Shown: in pieces, positions 8,960-18,713 of the stretch
How the letters are laid out: each line of letters opens with the position of its first letter
Position numbering within the stretch: position 1 is the stretch's first letter
Source: Clostridia bacterium
Lineage (GTDB): Bacteria; Bacillota; Clostridia; Oscillospirales; CAG-272
Length of the DNA stretch: 39,439 bases
Direction: 5' to 3'
NCBI GenBank assembly: GCA_017522905.1
Contig: JAFWXY010000122.1
Coordinates: 1 to 39,439 of the forward strand
Made by a program: the position numbers and the translations under genes
Notes under the pieces: generated by a model
Database searches by the model: none
What the model was told of the DNA's origin: nothing
Seen by the model: the letters and a program-made list of their open reading frames with translations, nothing else

Positions 8960-9769
8960 TTATTCTTCCTCGGTCTCTTCCTCGGCCATCTGTGCAACGT
9001 AGTCTGCTGCATACGAGCCTGCGGGAACCTTGATGTTGTTCTTATCAATTCCGCTGAATGCGAACTCGCCGATCTCCTTGATGGATGCGGAAAGTGTAAG
9101 CGCACCGTCTGCGTCAAGTCCGTCACATCCGTGGAAGGTGAGAGTGCCGATCTTCTTGAGTGTGGAGGGAGTGGTAAGAGACTTTATAGACTTGCAGTTT
9201 CCAAATGCCTGGTTACCGATCTCTTCAAGACCCTCGGGAAGAACGATGGTCTCAAGTGCGGTGCACTCAAGGAAAGCAAAGTCGCCAATGCTGAGAAGCT
9301 CATGACCCTTGAACTCGATGCTCTTAAGAGAGGTGCATCCGTAGAATGCGAACTTGTCGATGTATGTAACCGATGCGGGGATAACGATCTTCTCAAGAGC
9401 GGTACAGCCCGCAAATGCAAGCTCCCCGATAAATGTAACGGTATCGGGAAGGGTAACTTCCTTGATAGTAGGCGTCTGGTAGAATGCCTTCTCGCCGATT
9501 CCGGTAACGTCTCTGTTAGCCTCGGAGATCTGGGCGGGAACTACGACCGAGTGGAGCTTAGAGGGTCCTGTGTAGTCGGAAATAACAGCACTCTCTGCGT
9601 GTCCGTCGATAAACGTAAGCATACCGCCACCCTGCTCAGCTGTAAGCTTGTGGGTATAGTTAGGTGCGGCATAATCATCTATACTGCTTCCGTCCTCTTC
9701 AGCTGCTACGCAAGCAAAAAGGGAAAGAGAGAGTAACAATGTCAAAAGTAAAGCTGTGATCTTTTTCAT
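8960..9769 (-). CDS. BspA-type leucine-rich-repeat surface lipoprotein
   Basis: The signal peptide has a lipobox (LSLFAC). Repeated units are of the type I.IP..V..IG..AF..C..L. RBS AGGAGG. Confidence 0.75.
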   Translation of the reverse strand: MKKITALLLTLLLSLSLFACVAAEEDGSSIDDYAAPNYTHKLTAEQGGGMLTFIDGHAESAVISDYTGPSKLHSVVVPAQISEANRDVTGIGEKAFYQTPTIKEVTLPDTVTFIGELAFAGCTALEKIVIPASVTYIDKFAFYGCTSLKSIEFKGHELLSIGDFAFLECTALETIVLPEGLEEIGNQAFGNCKSIKSLTTPSTLKKIGTLTFHGCDGLDADGALTLSASIKEIGEFAFSGIDKNNIKVPAGSYAADYVAQMAEEETEEE

Positions 9770-9996
9770 TATAGGACCTCCTGTTAGCGCGGTTTACAAA
9801 AATATACATGGTAATTATAACTCAAAATATTTAAATTGTCAAGGGCTTTGCATAGAGTTTACAATCTTCTTTTGTAAAATATTTATTTTAGGGAACAAAG
9901 AGGTAAAAAGATAGGAGCATACGGTTGCGTTTTTGGAAAAAATATGATATAATTCTCATATATGCATATGCATGACAAAGCGAGGGGTCAAATAAA

Positions 9997-11556
9997 ATGT
10001 TATCACAGGTTTTCAGCGCAGGAATATTCGGTATAGACGGATACATTGTAACAGTTGAGGCGGATGCTCAGCCCAGATTGCCAAATTTTGAGCTTGTCGG
10101 ACTTCCCGATGCGGCTGTTAAAGAGGCAAAGGACAGGGTAAGAACTGCTTGTTTCAACAGCGGCTACCGTTTTCCCGAAATGTCGTTTATGCTTAACCTC
10201 GCGCCTGCAGACCGCAAAAAAGAGGGCTCGGCGTATGATGTTTCAATCCTGCTTGGAATAATGAAATGTGCAGGCATAGTTAAAAGTGACCTTGATATCT
10301 CTAAAAAGTGCTTTGTCGGTGAGCTTTCGCTTTCCGGTGAGCTTCGCGAGGTGCGCGGAGTTCTTTCTATGTGCGTTGCGGCACGCGATGCGGGATTTGA
10401 GGAGTTTTACGCTCCTGCCAAGAATGCGCGCGAGGCGGCGGCTGTTGAGGGAATAAGGGTCTATCCCGTAAAGGATATGAGAAGCCTTGTCGCGCATCTT
10501 AACGCAACCGAGACCATTTCGCCTATCGAATACGACAGAGACGACTTTTTCTCACTTACGTCAAACTACAGTATTGATTTTTCCGACGTCAAGGGTCAGG
10601 CACAGGCAAAGAGAGCTATGGAGATTGCCGCTACGGGCGGCCATAACATTTTGCTCATCGGCCCTCCCGGAACAGGAAAATCCGTGCTGGCAAAGCGACT
10701 GCCTACGATATTACCGCCCCTGAGCTTCCCCGAAGCGATTGAAACGACAAAGGTTCACTCGGTATCGGGAACGCTTCCCGACGGCGTATCATTGATCTCC
10801 GCTCGCCCCTTCCGCTCACCTCACCATACCATGAGCGCGGTAAGCCTTGTTGGCGGCGGAGTTAACCCTATGCCGGGAGAGGTATCGCTTGCCGATAACG
10901 GAGTTTTGTTTCTTGACGAGCTGCCGGAGTTTCCAAAGCAGGTAACAGATGCGCTCCGTCAGCCTCTCGAGGACAGGAAGGTAACTATCACAAGAGCAAG
11001 CGGACGTGTGACCTTCCCGTGTAATTTTATGCTCGTCGGTGCAATGAACCCTTGCCGTTGCGGATATTTCGGACATCCCACGCGCAAATGCACCTGCAAG
11101 CCTATTGACGTAAAGAGATATATTTCGCGTATAAGCGGACCGTTGCTTGACAGAATCGATATTCAGATAGAGCTCCCCAGTCTTACCTATTCCGAAATCT
11201 CGGACGATTCGGGATCGTCGGAGAGAAGCGAGGATATTAGAAAAAGAGTAATTGCGGCGCGAGAATTCGCACAAGAGCGAATGAAGGGTGACGTATATAT
11301 TAACAACGCCTCTCTCGACCCTGCGGGAATCCGCAAGTATTGCAAGGCAGACGAGATGGCGATGAAGCTTTTGCACATGGCGTATGATTCTATGGGACTG
11401 TCTGCGCGCGGATACGACCGTATAATGAGGGTGGCAAGAACGATAGCCGATCTTGACAGAAGCGAAATGATACTTGCGCCGCATGTTGCGGAGGCGATAC
11501 AGTACAGAAGCCTTGACAAAAAATATTGGGGCATGGGCGAGGAAGAAGAGGACTAA
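9997..11556 (+). CDS. comM: YifB/ComM-family Mg-chelatase-like AAA+ ATPase
   Basis: It has a Lon-protease-like N-terminal domain, Walker A GPPGTGKS, and FLDELPEF. The Cys cluster CRCGYFGHPTRKCTC is typical of the family. Confidence 0.9.
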   Translation: MLSQVFSAGIFGIDGYIVTVEADAQPRLPNFELVGLPDAAVKEAKDRVRTACFNSGYRFPEMSFMLNLAPADRKKEGSAYDVSILLGIMKCAGIVKSDLDISKKCFVGELSLSGELREVRGVLSMCVAARDAGFEEFYAPAKNAREAAAVEGIRVYPVKDMRSLVAHLNATETISPIEYDRDDFFSLTSNYSIDFSDVKGQAQAKRAMEIAATGGHNILLIGPPGTGKSVLAKRLPTILPPLSFPEAIETTKVHSVSGTLPDGVSLISARPFRSPHHTMSAVSLVGGGVNPMPGEVSLADNGVLFLDELPEFPKQVTDALRQPLEDRKVTITRASGRVTFPCNFMLVGAMNPCRCGYFGHPTRKCTCKPIDVKRYISRISGPLLDRIDIQIELPSLTYSEISDDSGSSERSEDIRKRVIAAREFAQERMKGDVYINNASLDPAGIRKYCKADEMAMKLLHMAYDSMGLSARGYDRIMRVARTIADLDRSEMILAPHVAEAIQYRSLDKKYWGMGEEEED

Positions 11557-11594
11557 ATCTCCCGCTCCCCAAGAGAGCAAAGAGAGGAATAATT

Positions 11595-12758
11595 TTGACT
11601 AACTTACTTATAAGACTGTTTATAAAGGACAGCGAAAACATAAAATCTCCCGACGTCAGGCGATCATACGGAACGCTTGGAAGCGTGGTGGGAATAATAT
11701 TCAATCTTATCTTAGCGATAGGTAAATACACAGTTGGCTTCTTGTTTGGTGCGATCTCGCTTATGGCGGACGGAATCAATAATCTTTCGGATGCGGGCTC
11801 GCAGATAATTTCGTTTATCAGCTTTAAGATGGCGGCTAAGCCTGCTGACCGAGACCATCCCTTCGGGCACGCGAGAATTGAATACGTCGCGTCGATGATA
11901 GTTTCGTTTTTCATTCTTCTTGTCAGCTGGAATCTGCTTTCCGACTCTCTGGAGAAGATACTCGACCCCGAGATCACTACCGAGTTTTCTTGGTTGATGA
12001 TCATCGTCCTTGGCGTCTCGGTTATTATCAAGCTTTGGCTTTGCTATTTCAATCGCAGACTTGCAGATAAGATAAATTCATCTGTAATGAAGGCGACTGC
12101 GGCGGATTCCTTGAGTGATGCAATTGCTACCTCGGCGGTGCTTGTTGCAATGCTTGTTTTCAAGTTCACAGGCTTTGATGCTGACGGATATATGGGAATT
12201 GCGGTTGCCGTTGTAATTTTCATAGCGGGTATCAAGATACTCAATGAGACCAAGAATGCAATTCTCGGTGAATCGGCAGACCCCGAGGTTGTAGAAAGCG
12301 TAAAGAGAATCGTCTCGGAGTTTCCCGATGCGCTTGGCATACACGATATGGTGGTGCACAGCTATGGGCCCGGGCAGACGATAGTCACATTACACATCGA
12401 GGTGGACGGAGACAAGAGCGTGTTTGATTCGCACGATATGATCGATATGATAGAGCGACGGCTTAATACCGAGCTTGGCATACAGTCGAATATACATATG
12501 GACCCCATCGTCACAAACGATGCGGAGGTCAGCCATATGCGAGAGGTGACGAGGGGGCTTGTTAAGGAGATCGACGAGAGACTTGACATTCACGATTTCA
12601 GGTTTGTACGCGGCGTAACGCACACTAATTTGATATTTGATATAAGCGCGCCCTTTGAGCTTAAAATGAGCGATAACGATCTCAAAAAGGAGATCGACCG
12701 CAGAATAAGTCAGCACAATTCCGAATATTTCACGGTTACGACCATTGACAGAACATAA
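11595..12758 (+). CDS. Cation diffusion facilitator (CDF) family transporter
   Basis: It has six predicted TM helices. The metal-site region is ADGINNLSD and HPFGHARIEY, followed by a C-terminal cytoplasmic domain. The tracked ATG at 11526 lies inside comM. A TTG at 11595 behind AGAGAGGAA gives the usual N-terminus. Confidence 0.85.
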   Translation: MTNLLIRLFIKDSENIKSPDVRRSYGTLGSVVGIIFNLILAIGKYTVGFLFGAISLMADGINNLSDAGSQIISFISFKMAAKPADRDHPFGHARIEYVASMIVSFFILLVSWNLLSDSLEKILDPEITTEFSWLMIIVLGVSVIIKLWLCYFNRRLADKINSSVMKATAADSLSDAIATSAVLVAMLVFKFTGFDADGYMGIAVAVVIFIAGIKILNETKNAILGESADPEVVESVKRIVSEFPDALGIHDMVVHSYGPGQTIVTLHIEVDGDKSVFDSHDMIDMIERRLNTELGIQSNIHMDPIVTNDAEVSHMREVTRGLVKEIDERLDIHDFRFVRGVTHTNLIFDISAPFELKMSDNDLKKEIDRRISQHNSEYFTVTTIDRT

Positions 12759-12762
12759 AAAA

Positions 12763-12797
12763 AGCACTTACGGTACTTGTTGCCGTAAGTGCTTTTA
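12763..12797. terminator. Bidirectional rho-independent terminator
   Basis: Hairpin AGCACTTACGG-TACTTGTTG-CCGTAAGTGCT. It is flanked by AAAAAA and TTTTAT and lies between convergent genes. Confidence 0.75.
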
Positions 12798-12810
12798 TGT
12801 TGGAGAGTCT

Positions 12811-13965
12811 TTACCAGATCTCTCTTAAAATTTCTATAATATCCGCCTTGGTAGGAACGCGGGGATTGGTAGGCGTGCATCTGTCAAGCAGAGCCGCGTC
12901 TGCCATAGCGTCAAGCTTGGATTCATATTCCTCATATGAGACCTTCGGTATTGCATCGCGTACTCGAATGGGCATTCCCATTTCGATCTGCATCGAGCGG
13001 ATGAAAAACGTAAGTGACTTTACGCAGGCGATGTCGTCGTATCCGATCAGACCGATTCGGCGGGACATGTTAGCATATTTTGACACGCAGGGCGCGGGAT
13101 CGCTTAACACAAAGGTGGTTGGCGTAAGCTCTGAGTTATACAGTATTACGTTCGGGAGAACTATCGCGTTAGCACGTCCGTGAGGAATGTGGAACTGCGC
13201 GCCAAGCTGATGTGCTATACTGTGGCAAATTCCAAGAGATACCGCGTTGAATGCAACACCGGCGAGGCAGGATGCAACGTGCATCTTTTCTCTTGCTTTG
13301 TTTTCGTGAGTTTTGGGATAGTTATAGGAGCGAACGAGATAGTGCTTGCAAAGCGAGGTTGCTTTTTCTGCGTACATATCTGAGAAATAATCTGCTTCTG
13401 TGCTGACATATGCCTCAAGCGCGTGTGCCATAACGTCCATTCCTGTGTCAGCCGCAATAGATGCGGGGACGCTCTTGACCATTTCAACGTCAAGGATAGC
13501 CTCGTTGGGAAGAAGGAATTCGTCTATAAGCGCGTGCTTTACGTTCTTTTGGCTGTCGGTTATGACTGCAAACGAGGTCACCTCGCTACCCGTACCGCTG
13601 GTCGTAGGAACGGCGATGAAATAGGGGGCGTAATCGGGATACATACGGTGGGCAAAGAGACGAACCGATTTCGCAAGGTCGATAGCCGAGCCGCCTCCCA
13701 CTGCGATAAGGCAGGGAGCCATCTCCTTTACAAGCGCGGTAACACCTGAGACCACCTTTTCGATAGAGGGGTCAGGTACGACGTCGGAATAGACGGTGTA
13801 TTCAATTTTTGATGCCTCAAGGTGCTTTGTCGCCGCCTTGATAAGACCGCTTGAAACAGTATAGGGGTCAGCAATAATGAAGACCTTCTTGTATTCAAGG
13901 GTGGCAAGACGCGAAAGCGCGTTGCCTTCAAAATTAATGGTAGTTTTAAGGGTGCAGCTACGCAT
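12811..13965 (-). CDS. Iron-containing (group III) alcohol dehydrogenase
   Basis: Motifs are GGGSAIDLAK and the His-rich metal site HSIAHQLGAQFHIPHG. The tracked ORF extends to 14076, but GGAGG at 13974-13978 is 7 nt upstream of the ATG at 13965. Confidence 0.85.
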   Translation of the reverse strand: MRSCTLKTTINFEGNALSRLATLEYKKVFIIADPYTVSSGLIKAATKHLEASKIEYTVYSDVVPDPSIEKVVSGVTALVKEMAPCLIAVGGGSAIDLAKSVRLFAHRMYPDYAPYFIAVPTTSGTGSEVTSFAVITDSQKNVKHALIDEFLLPNEAILDVEMVKSVPASIAADTGMDVMAHALEAYVSTEADYFSDMYAEKATSLCKHYLVRSYNYPKTHENKAREKMHVASCLAGVAFNAVSLGICHSIAHQLGAQFHIPHGRANAIVLPNVILYNSELTPTTFVLSDPAPCVSKYANMSRRIGLIGYDDIACVKSLTFFIRSMQIEMGMPIRVRDAIPKVSYEEYESKLDAMADAALLDRCTPTNPRVPTKADIIEILREIW

Positions 13966-14156
13966 TTGCATACCTCCTGTGAAAATATACATATACGAGT
14001 ATATTGTATCACATAAATTAAAAAAAGTAAATACGTTTTGTAAAAAACAGATCAAAATCGGCAAAATATTCCACACCTATTAACGCCCGCGCTCCCATTT
14101 TATGCATTACGCTATTATCCCTCTCATATATTGGCTTTAGGACAAACATAAAGGGA

Positions 14157-16874
14157 GTGATTGTAATAAATACAACGGTACAAAAGGGGATTGTGAATCA
14201 AAGTGAGCGGTTGGTCGGGCTATCTCGCGCGGAGGTTGAAAAATCAAGGAGGGAGCACGGCAGAAATCTGCTCTCACCGACAAAGAAAAAGAGCTTTATG
14301 CGAAAATTTTTTGAGAACCTTGGTGACCCTGTAGTCAAAATACTCATCGGAGCTTTAATTATCAATGTTATTTTCATGTTTAAACGGGCAAACTGGGTGG
14401 AGACGGCAGGGATCGCGGTATCAATCCTGCTTGCCACGTTTATTTCAACCTTGTCGGAGCACGGGTCAGAGGGAGCGTTTGACCGATTGTGCCGTGAGGT
14501 TGGTCAGACTAACTGTCGGGTTATACGCGAAGGCGAGCTTGTCGAAATAGATATAGGAGACGTTGTTGTGGGAGATCTTTTGAGTGTTGTAGCAGGGGAG
14601 CAGATATCGGCGGACGGTATACTGGTTTCGGGGGAGCTGCGTACAGACCAATCTGCCATGACGGGAGAGAGCAAGGAAATAAAAAAGCGCGCGCGTACGC
14701 GCACGGACAGGGAGGATCTTACACCGTCGTCACCCTATTACTGTCTGAGAGGATGCACGGTGATCTCGGGGGGCGGAGTTATTAAGGTCTCAAAAGTGGG
14801 AGACTCAACCATGCTTGGCGGTATCTCCAGGGAAATACAGACCGATACGCGATCAAGTCCGCTGAAAATAAGGCTTGAAAAGCTTGCAGGGCAGATAAGT
14901 GTGCTTGGATATATTCTTGCCGCACTTGTTGCGCTTGTCTATCTTTTCAACATTTTCGTAATAGACAGTGCGTTTGACGTGGGGATAATCAAATATAAGC
15001 TGACCTCCTTTTCCTATTTGTTTTCGCATCTATTTCACGCCTTGACGCTTGCCCTGACAGTCGTGGTTGTAGCCGTCCCTGAGGGGCTTCCGATGATGAT
15101 CGCGGTGGTGTTGTCATCAAATATCAAAAGAATGGTGCGCGATCAGGTCCTGGTACGGAAGCCTGTAGGGATAGAGGCGGCGGGAAGCATGAATATTCTG
15201 TTTACCGATAAAACCGGAACTCTTACCGAGGGCAGACTGTCAGTTGGAGAAATATATCTCGGAGACGGGGGCGGGATTTCATCTATCCGGCAATTCAAGA
15301 CGTGTGAGAGGGCATATGAAAGCTATGTTTTGGGAGCTTACGCCAACTCATCGAGCGTTCCGGGCAAAAATAAGCAAGGGATAAGGGATGCGCTGGGCGG
15401 CAATTCTACCGACAAGGCTATATTGCTTTCCGTCATGGGAGCCGAAAGGAAAAAGCCGTCATACGAGATTGTTGACCGACTTGAGTTTGACAGCGCAAGA
15501 AAATACTCCGCCGCACTGATAAGTAATGGCGGCAAAAAGAAAATACTGATAAAAGGTGCGCCCGAAAGGATATTACCGAGGGTTAGCGGATATATAAGTG
15601 AGAGTGGAGAGATAAGACCTATCAAAAAAAGTGTATGCGATGAGGTGTGTTCCTCTCTTACAAGACAAGGTAAGAGGGTAATCGCTATTGCGGAGGGAGA
15701 CGGATCATATATATCATCCTGCCGCGATCTGAGTGCTTACGACGGGCTTACGCTCATCTGCCTTGCCACACTTGAGGACAAGATAAGATACGAGGCACGC
15801 GGCGCAGTGGAGCGACTTTGCGGCGCGGGGATCGGTGTGGTTATGATAACGGGAGATAACCGTGACACCGCGGAAAGTATAGCGAGAAGATGCGGAATAA
15901 TCAGAGAGGGAAGAGATATTGTGTTGACGGGCAATGATATCTCGCTTATGTCGGATAGCGCGCTTAAGGAGGTAATTCCGCACTTGGCGGCGGTTGCACG
16001 CGCGCTGCCTAATGATAAGAGCCGCCTCGTGCGTTTGTCGCAGGAGCTTGATTTGGTCGTTGGTATGACGGGAGACGGAATAAACGACGCACCCGCGCTC
16101 AAGCGTGCCGACGTCGGCTTTTCAATGGGGAGCGGAACGCAGGTTGCAAAGGACGCGGGGGATATAATCATCATTGACAACAACCTTTCTTCAATTGCCG
16201 GGGCAGTCCTTTACGGCAGAACGGTATTTAAGAGCATCAGAAAGTTTATTTCCTTACAGCTGACAATGAATTTGTCTGCGGTGGGAGTCTCGATAATCTG
16301 CCCCTTTTTGGGCTTAGATTCGCCCGTTACGGTCGTGCAGATGCTTTGGATCAATATTATTATGGACACGTTGGGCGGCTTGGCATTTGCGGGTGAGGCT
16401 CCGCTTGAGTCCTATATGAAGGAAAAGCCGAAGCGGCGCGATGAGCCTATTTTGTGCGGATATATGGTAAATGAGATAGTGCTGTGCGGTGCGTTTACCG
16501 TTGCGCTTTGTATCGCCTTTCTGAAGGTGCCGGAGATAAGCAGTATATTCCGCTCGGCAAGTGATAATATCTATCTTTTGACGGGATTCTTTGCGCTCTT
16601 TATCTTTGCATCGGTCTTCAATTGCTTCAACGCCAGAACCGACAGACTGAAGCTCCTTTCGGGAATTACGAGAAACCCTGCTTTTATTTTTATCATGGTG
16701 GCGGTGCTACTCGTGCAGATAGCATTCGTTTATCTCGGCGGAGCGGTGCTGAGAACGGCGCCCTTGACACTCACGGAGCTTAGTATCACAGCGGCACTGG
16801 CGCTTTGTGTGTTCCCATTTGAGCTTATCCGCAAGCTGCTATGGCGTCTCTTTTTTGGAAAGAGGGGCTATTGA
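14157..16874 (+). CDS. P-type (P2, Ca2+-type) cation-transporting ATPase
   Basis: Motifs are DKTGTLTEG, MITGDN, TGDGINDAPALKRADVG, and PEGLP in TM4. It has 10-TM architecture. The start codon is uncertain (GTG at 14157, alternative GTG at 14193). Confidence 0.85.
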   Translation: MIVINTTVQKGIVNQSERLVGLSRAEVEKSRREHGRNLLSPTKKKSFMRKFFENLGDPVVKILIGALIINVIFMFKRANWVETAGIAVSILLATFISTLSEHGSEGAFDRLCREVGQTNCRVIREGELVEIDIGDVVVGDLLSVVAGEQISADGILVSGELRTDQSAMTGESKEIKKRARTRTDREDLTPSSPYYCLRGCTVISGGGVIKVSKVGDSTMLGGISREIQTDTRSSPLKIRLEKLAGQISVLGYILAALVALVYLFNIFVIDSAFDVGIIKYKLTSFSYLFSHLFHALTLALTVVVVAVPEGLPMMIAVVLSSNIKRMVRDQVLVRKPVGIEAAGSMNILFTDKTGTLTEGRLSVGEIYLGDGGGISSIRQFKTCERAYESYVLGAYANSSSVPGKNKQGIRDALGGNSTDKAILLSVMGAERKKPSYEIVDRLEFDSARKYSAALISNGGKKKILIKGAPERILPRVSGYISESGEIRPIKKSVCDEVCSSLTRQGKRVIAIAEGDGSYISSCRDLSAYDGLTLICLATLEDKIRYEARGAVERLCGAGIGVVMITGDNRDTAESIARRCGIIREGRDIVLTGNDISLMSDSALKEVIPHLAAVARALPNDKSRLVRLSQELDLVVGMTGDGINDAPALKRADVGFSMGSGTQVAKDAGDIIIIDNNLSSIAGAVLYGRTVFKSIRKFISLQLTMNLSAVGVSIICPFLGLDSPVTVVQMLWINIIMDTLGGLAFAGEAPLESYMKEKPKRRDEPILCGYMVNEIVLCGAFTVALCIAFLKVPEISSIFRSASDNIYLLTGFFALFIFASVFNCFNARTDRLKLLSGITRNPAFIFIMVAVLLVQIAFVYLGGAVLRTAPLTLTELSITAALALCVFPFELIRKLLWRLFFGKRGY

Positions 16875-16877
16875 CCC

Positions 16878-16906
16878 TTGACAAAGCCCCCGCGCTTTGG
16901 TAAAAT
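16878..16906 (+). promoter_or_regulatory. SigA-type promoter with extended -10
   Basis: TTGACA at 16878-16883, 17 nt of spacer, TGgTAAAAT ending at 16906. Confidence 0.5.
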
Positions 16907-16947
16907 ATAATTGTATAAATATAATTAAATTTAATTAGGGGGCCGCT

Positions 16948-17538
16948 ATGACGAATAAGGAAAAATTTGTTGCGATCTATAAAGAAAAAATAAAGAGAGA
17001 CGGCGCTGATAAGCTGCTTGATTTTCTGCTTTCAAGCTCAAGTGATTTTTTCACCGCGCCTGCGTCAACACGCTTCCACGGCAACTACGAGGGCGGACTC
17101 TTAGAGCATAGTCTTAACGTTTACGAGTGCTTGTGCGACATAATGAAGCGCCCGAGAATCAAAGAGGTGTACGGAATTGAATATAGCGAGGAGAGCATTG
17201 CTATTGCCGCGCTCCTGCACGACCTTTGCAAGATAAACTTCTATAACGTATCCTTCAGAAACGTAAAGAACGATATGGGCAAGTGGGAATCCGTGCCCTT
17301 TTACACAATAGACGATTCGCTCCCCTACGGACACGGCGAAAAGTCCGTATATATTATTTCAGGATATATGCGCCTAACACGTGACGAGGCGTTTGCAATA
17401 AGATACCATATGGGATTCTCTGCGGATAAGGAGAACCACGGCAACGTAGGCAAGGCTATGGAAATGTTTCCGCTTGCATTCTTCTTAAACTGCGCGGACT
17501 CCGAGGCGGCTTATTACGTAGAGGGCTCTGAAAAATAA
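16948..17538 (+). CDS. HD-domain phosphohydrolase
   Basis: It has H...HD metal-binding motifs (FHGNYEGGLLEHS and ALLHDLCK) and a downstream HGEKS. Confidence 0.7.
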   Translation: MTNKEKFVAIYKEKIKRDGADKLLDFLLSSSSDFFTAPASTRFHGNYEGGLLEHSLNVYECLCDIMKRPRIKEVYGIEYSEESIAIAALLHDLCKINFYNVSFRNVKNDMGKWESVPFYTIDDSLPYGHGEKSVYIISGYMRLTRDEAFAIRYHMGFSADKENHGNVGKAMEMFPLAFFLNCADSEAAYYVEGSEK

Positions 17539-17554
17539 TCAAGGTAGGTAAAAA

Positions 17555-17965
17555 ATGAAATACGATAAGGAAATGCTTGTAAAGAGAGCTTGCGATGCAA
17601 GACTTAAGGCTTATTCGCCTTATTCAAGCTTTTGCGTCGGTGCGGCTCTGCTTTGCTCTGACGGTGAGATATATGAGGGTGCAAATATTGAAAACGCATC
17701 CTACGGTGCAACAAATTGCGCCGAGAGAACCGCTATTTTTAAGGCGGTAAACGAGGGAAGAAGAGATTTTGAGGCAATCTCTATTGTAGGCGCCAAGCGC
17801 GGCGAGGAGATAGGCGAGATATGCGCGCCTTGCGGCATTTGCAGACAGGTAATTGCCGAGTTCTGCAATCCCGATTTTGAAATTTTGCTTTACGACGGCA
17901 AGGATATAAAGACCTATACTTTAAGAGAGCTTTTGCCCGAGTCCTTTAAAAAGGAAACACTTTAA
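17555..17965 (+). CDS. cdd: Cytidine deaminase
   Basis: The zinc-site motifs CAERTAIF and PCGICRQ are present. The 136-aa length fits the tetrameric type. Confidence 0.9.
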   Translation: MKYDKEMLVKRACDARLKAYSPYSSFCVGAALLCSDGEIYEGANIENASYGATNCAERTAIFKAVNEGRRDFEAISIVGAKRGEEIGEICAPCGICRQVIAEFCNPDFEILLYDGKDIKTYTLRELLPESFKKETL

Positions 17966-17967
17966 AA

Positions 17968-18186
17968 ATGGAAAAGAAGATACAAGCCACTGCCGCGACA
18001 CCCAAGTACGCGAGCAAAAATTGCGACAGCTGTGAATTCTACGACTACGACGAGGAATGGGGAGAATACGTCTGCTCAATGTCGCTTGACGAGGACGAGA
18101 TGATAGACTTTCTCGGTGGAAACACAAGGGGATGCCCCTATTACCGCTATTACGACGAGTACAAGAGCGTTCATAAGCAAATATAA
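17968..18186 (+). CDS. Small acidic Cys-rich protein (72 aa), function unknown
   Basis: The ATG is 2 nt after the cdd stop. The sequence is CDSCEFYDYDEEWGEYVC...GCPYY, a zinc-ribbon-like spacing. Confidence 0.5.
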   Translation: MEKKIQATAATPKYASKNCDSCEFYDYDEEWGEYVCSMSLDEDEMIDFLGGNTRGCPYYRYYDEYKSVHKQI

Positions 18187-18197
18187 AGGATAAACAC

Positions 18198-18713
18198 ATG
18201 GAAAATGAAAAGAAAAGCGCCAGAGCTCTGGCGATCAGGATCATTAAAATAATACTCTTTTCGGTGATGGTATGCTTTGTCATGTCTGCCATTCTTTCGG
18301 TGTATCTTGACGCCGTGCCCGAAAAGATAGCCGAGCTTACCGAGAAGGGCAAGATGGAAAACACCATCTGGCTTGTTAAATACGCGTCTTATTTGTCGCC
18401 GATCATTATTATTTCGGTAATACTTACCGTCTGCTATAAATTCGGATACGTCAAGGTTGAGTCGCAGAGAGACAAGGCGGTAATACTCGCCGTGCTTCTC
18501 ATATTTATCTATGCTGTGATGCTTCCCGATGCTATTACAAAAAGCGAGGGCTGGCTGGATCCTCCGCTTGAGGGTGAGGAGGAGACCGTGTCCGTGCTTG
18601 AGCAGAGTATTGGCTGGTTTGCCGCGCAGATAATACCCTTTGCAATAGCAATTGGATATCATTTGGTGAAGGCGTCAAGCGAGAAGAAGGAGCTTTGCGA
18701 CAATGAAGAATAA
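18198..18713 (+). CDS. Integral membrane protein, function unknown
   Basis: It has about four hydrophobic helices. RBS AAGGA. Its end overlaps the next gene. Confidence 0.55.
   Translation: MENEKKSARALAIRIIKIILFSVMVCFVMSAILSVYLDAVPEKIAELTEKGKMENTIWLVKYASYLSPIIIISVILTVCYKFGYVKVESQRDKAVILAVLLIFIYAVMLPDAITKSEGWLDPPLEGEEETVSVLEQSIGWFAAQIIPFAIAIGYHLVKASSEKKELCDNEE

Noticed and set aside
8945-9736. 263-aa plus-strand ORF covering the same DNA as the LRR lipoprotein gene
   Set aside because: It is antisense to a gene with a clear signal peptide, lipobox, RBS and repeat architecture. Its product is Cys/Leu/Gly-rich low-complexity sequence with no RBS. This is a typical shadow ORF.
11526-11594. Tracked 5' extension of the CDF transporter ORF into comM
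   Set aside because: The Arg/Gly-rich extension lies inside or just after comM. The TTG at 11595 with an AGAGAGGAA RBS yields the canonical CDF N-terminus.
10816-12031. Minus-strand ORFs of 254 aa and 213 aa opposite comM and the CDF gene
   Set aside because: They are antisense shadows of genes with strong family motifs. Their sequences are low-complexity.
13966-14076. Tracked 5' extension of the Fe-ADH ORF
   Set aside because: The extension crosses an AT-rich promoter-like region, and the GGAGG RBS lies inside it. The ATG at 13965 is correctly spaced.
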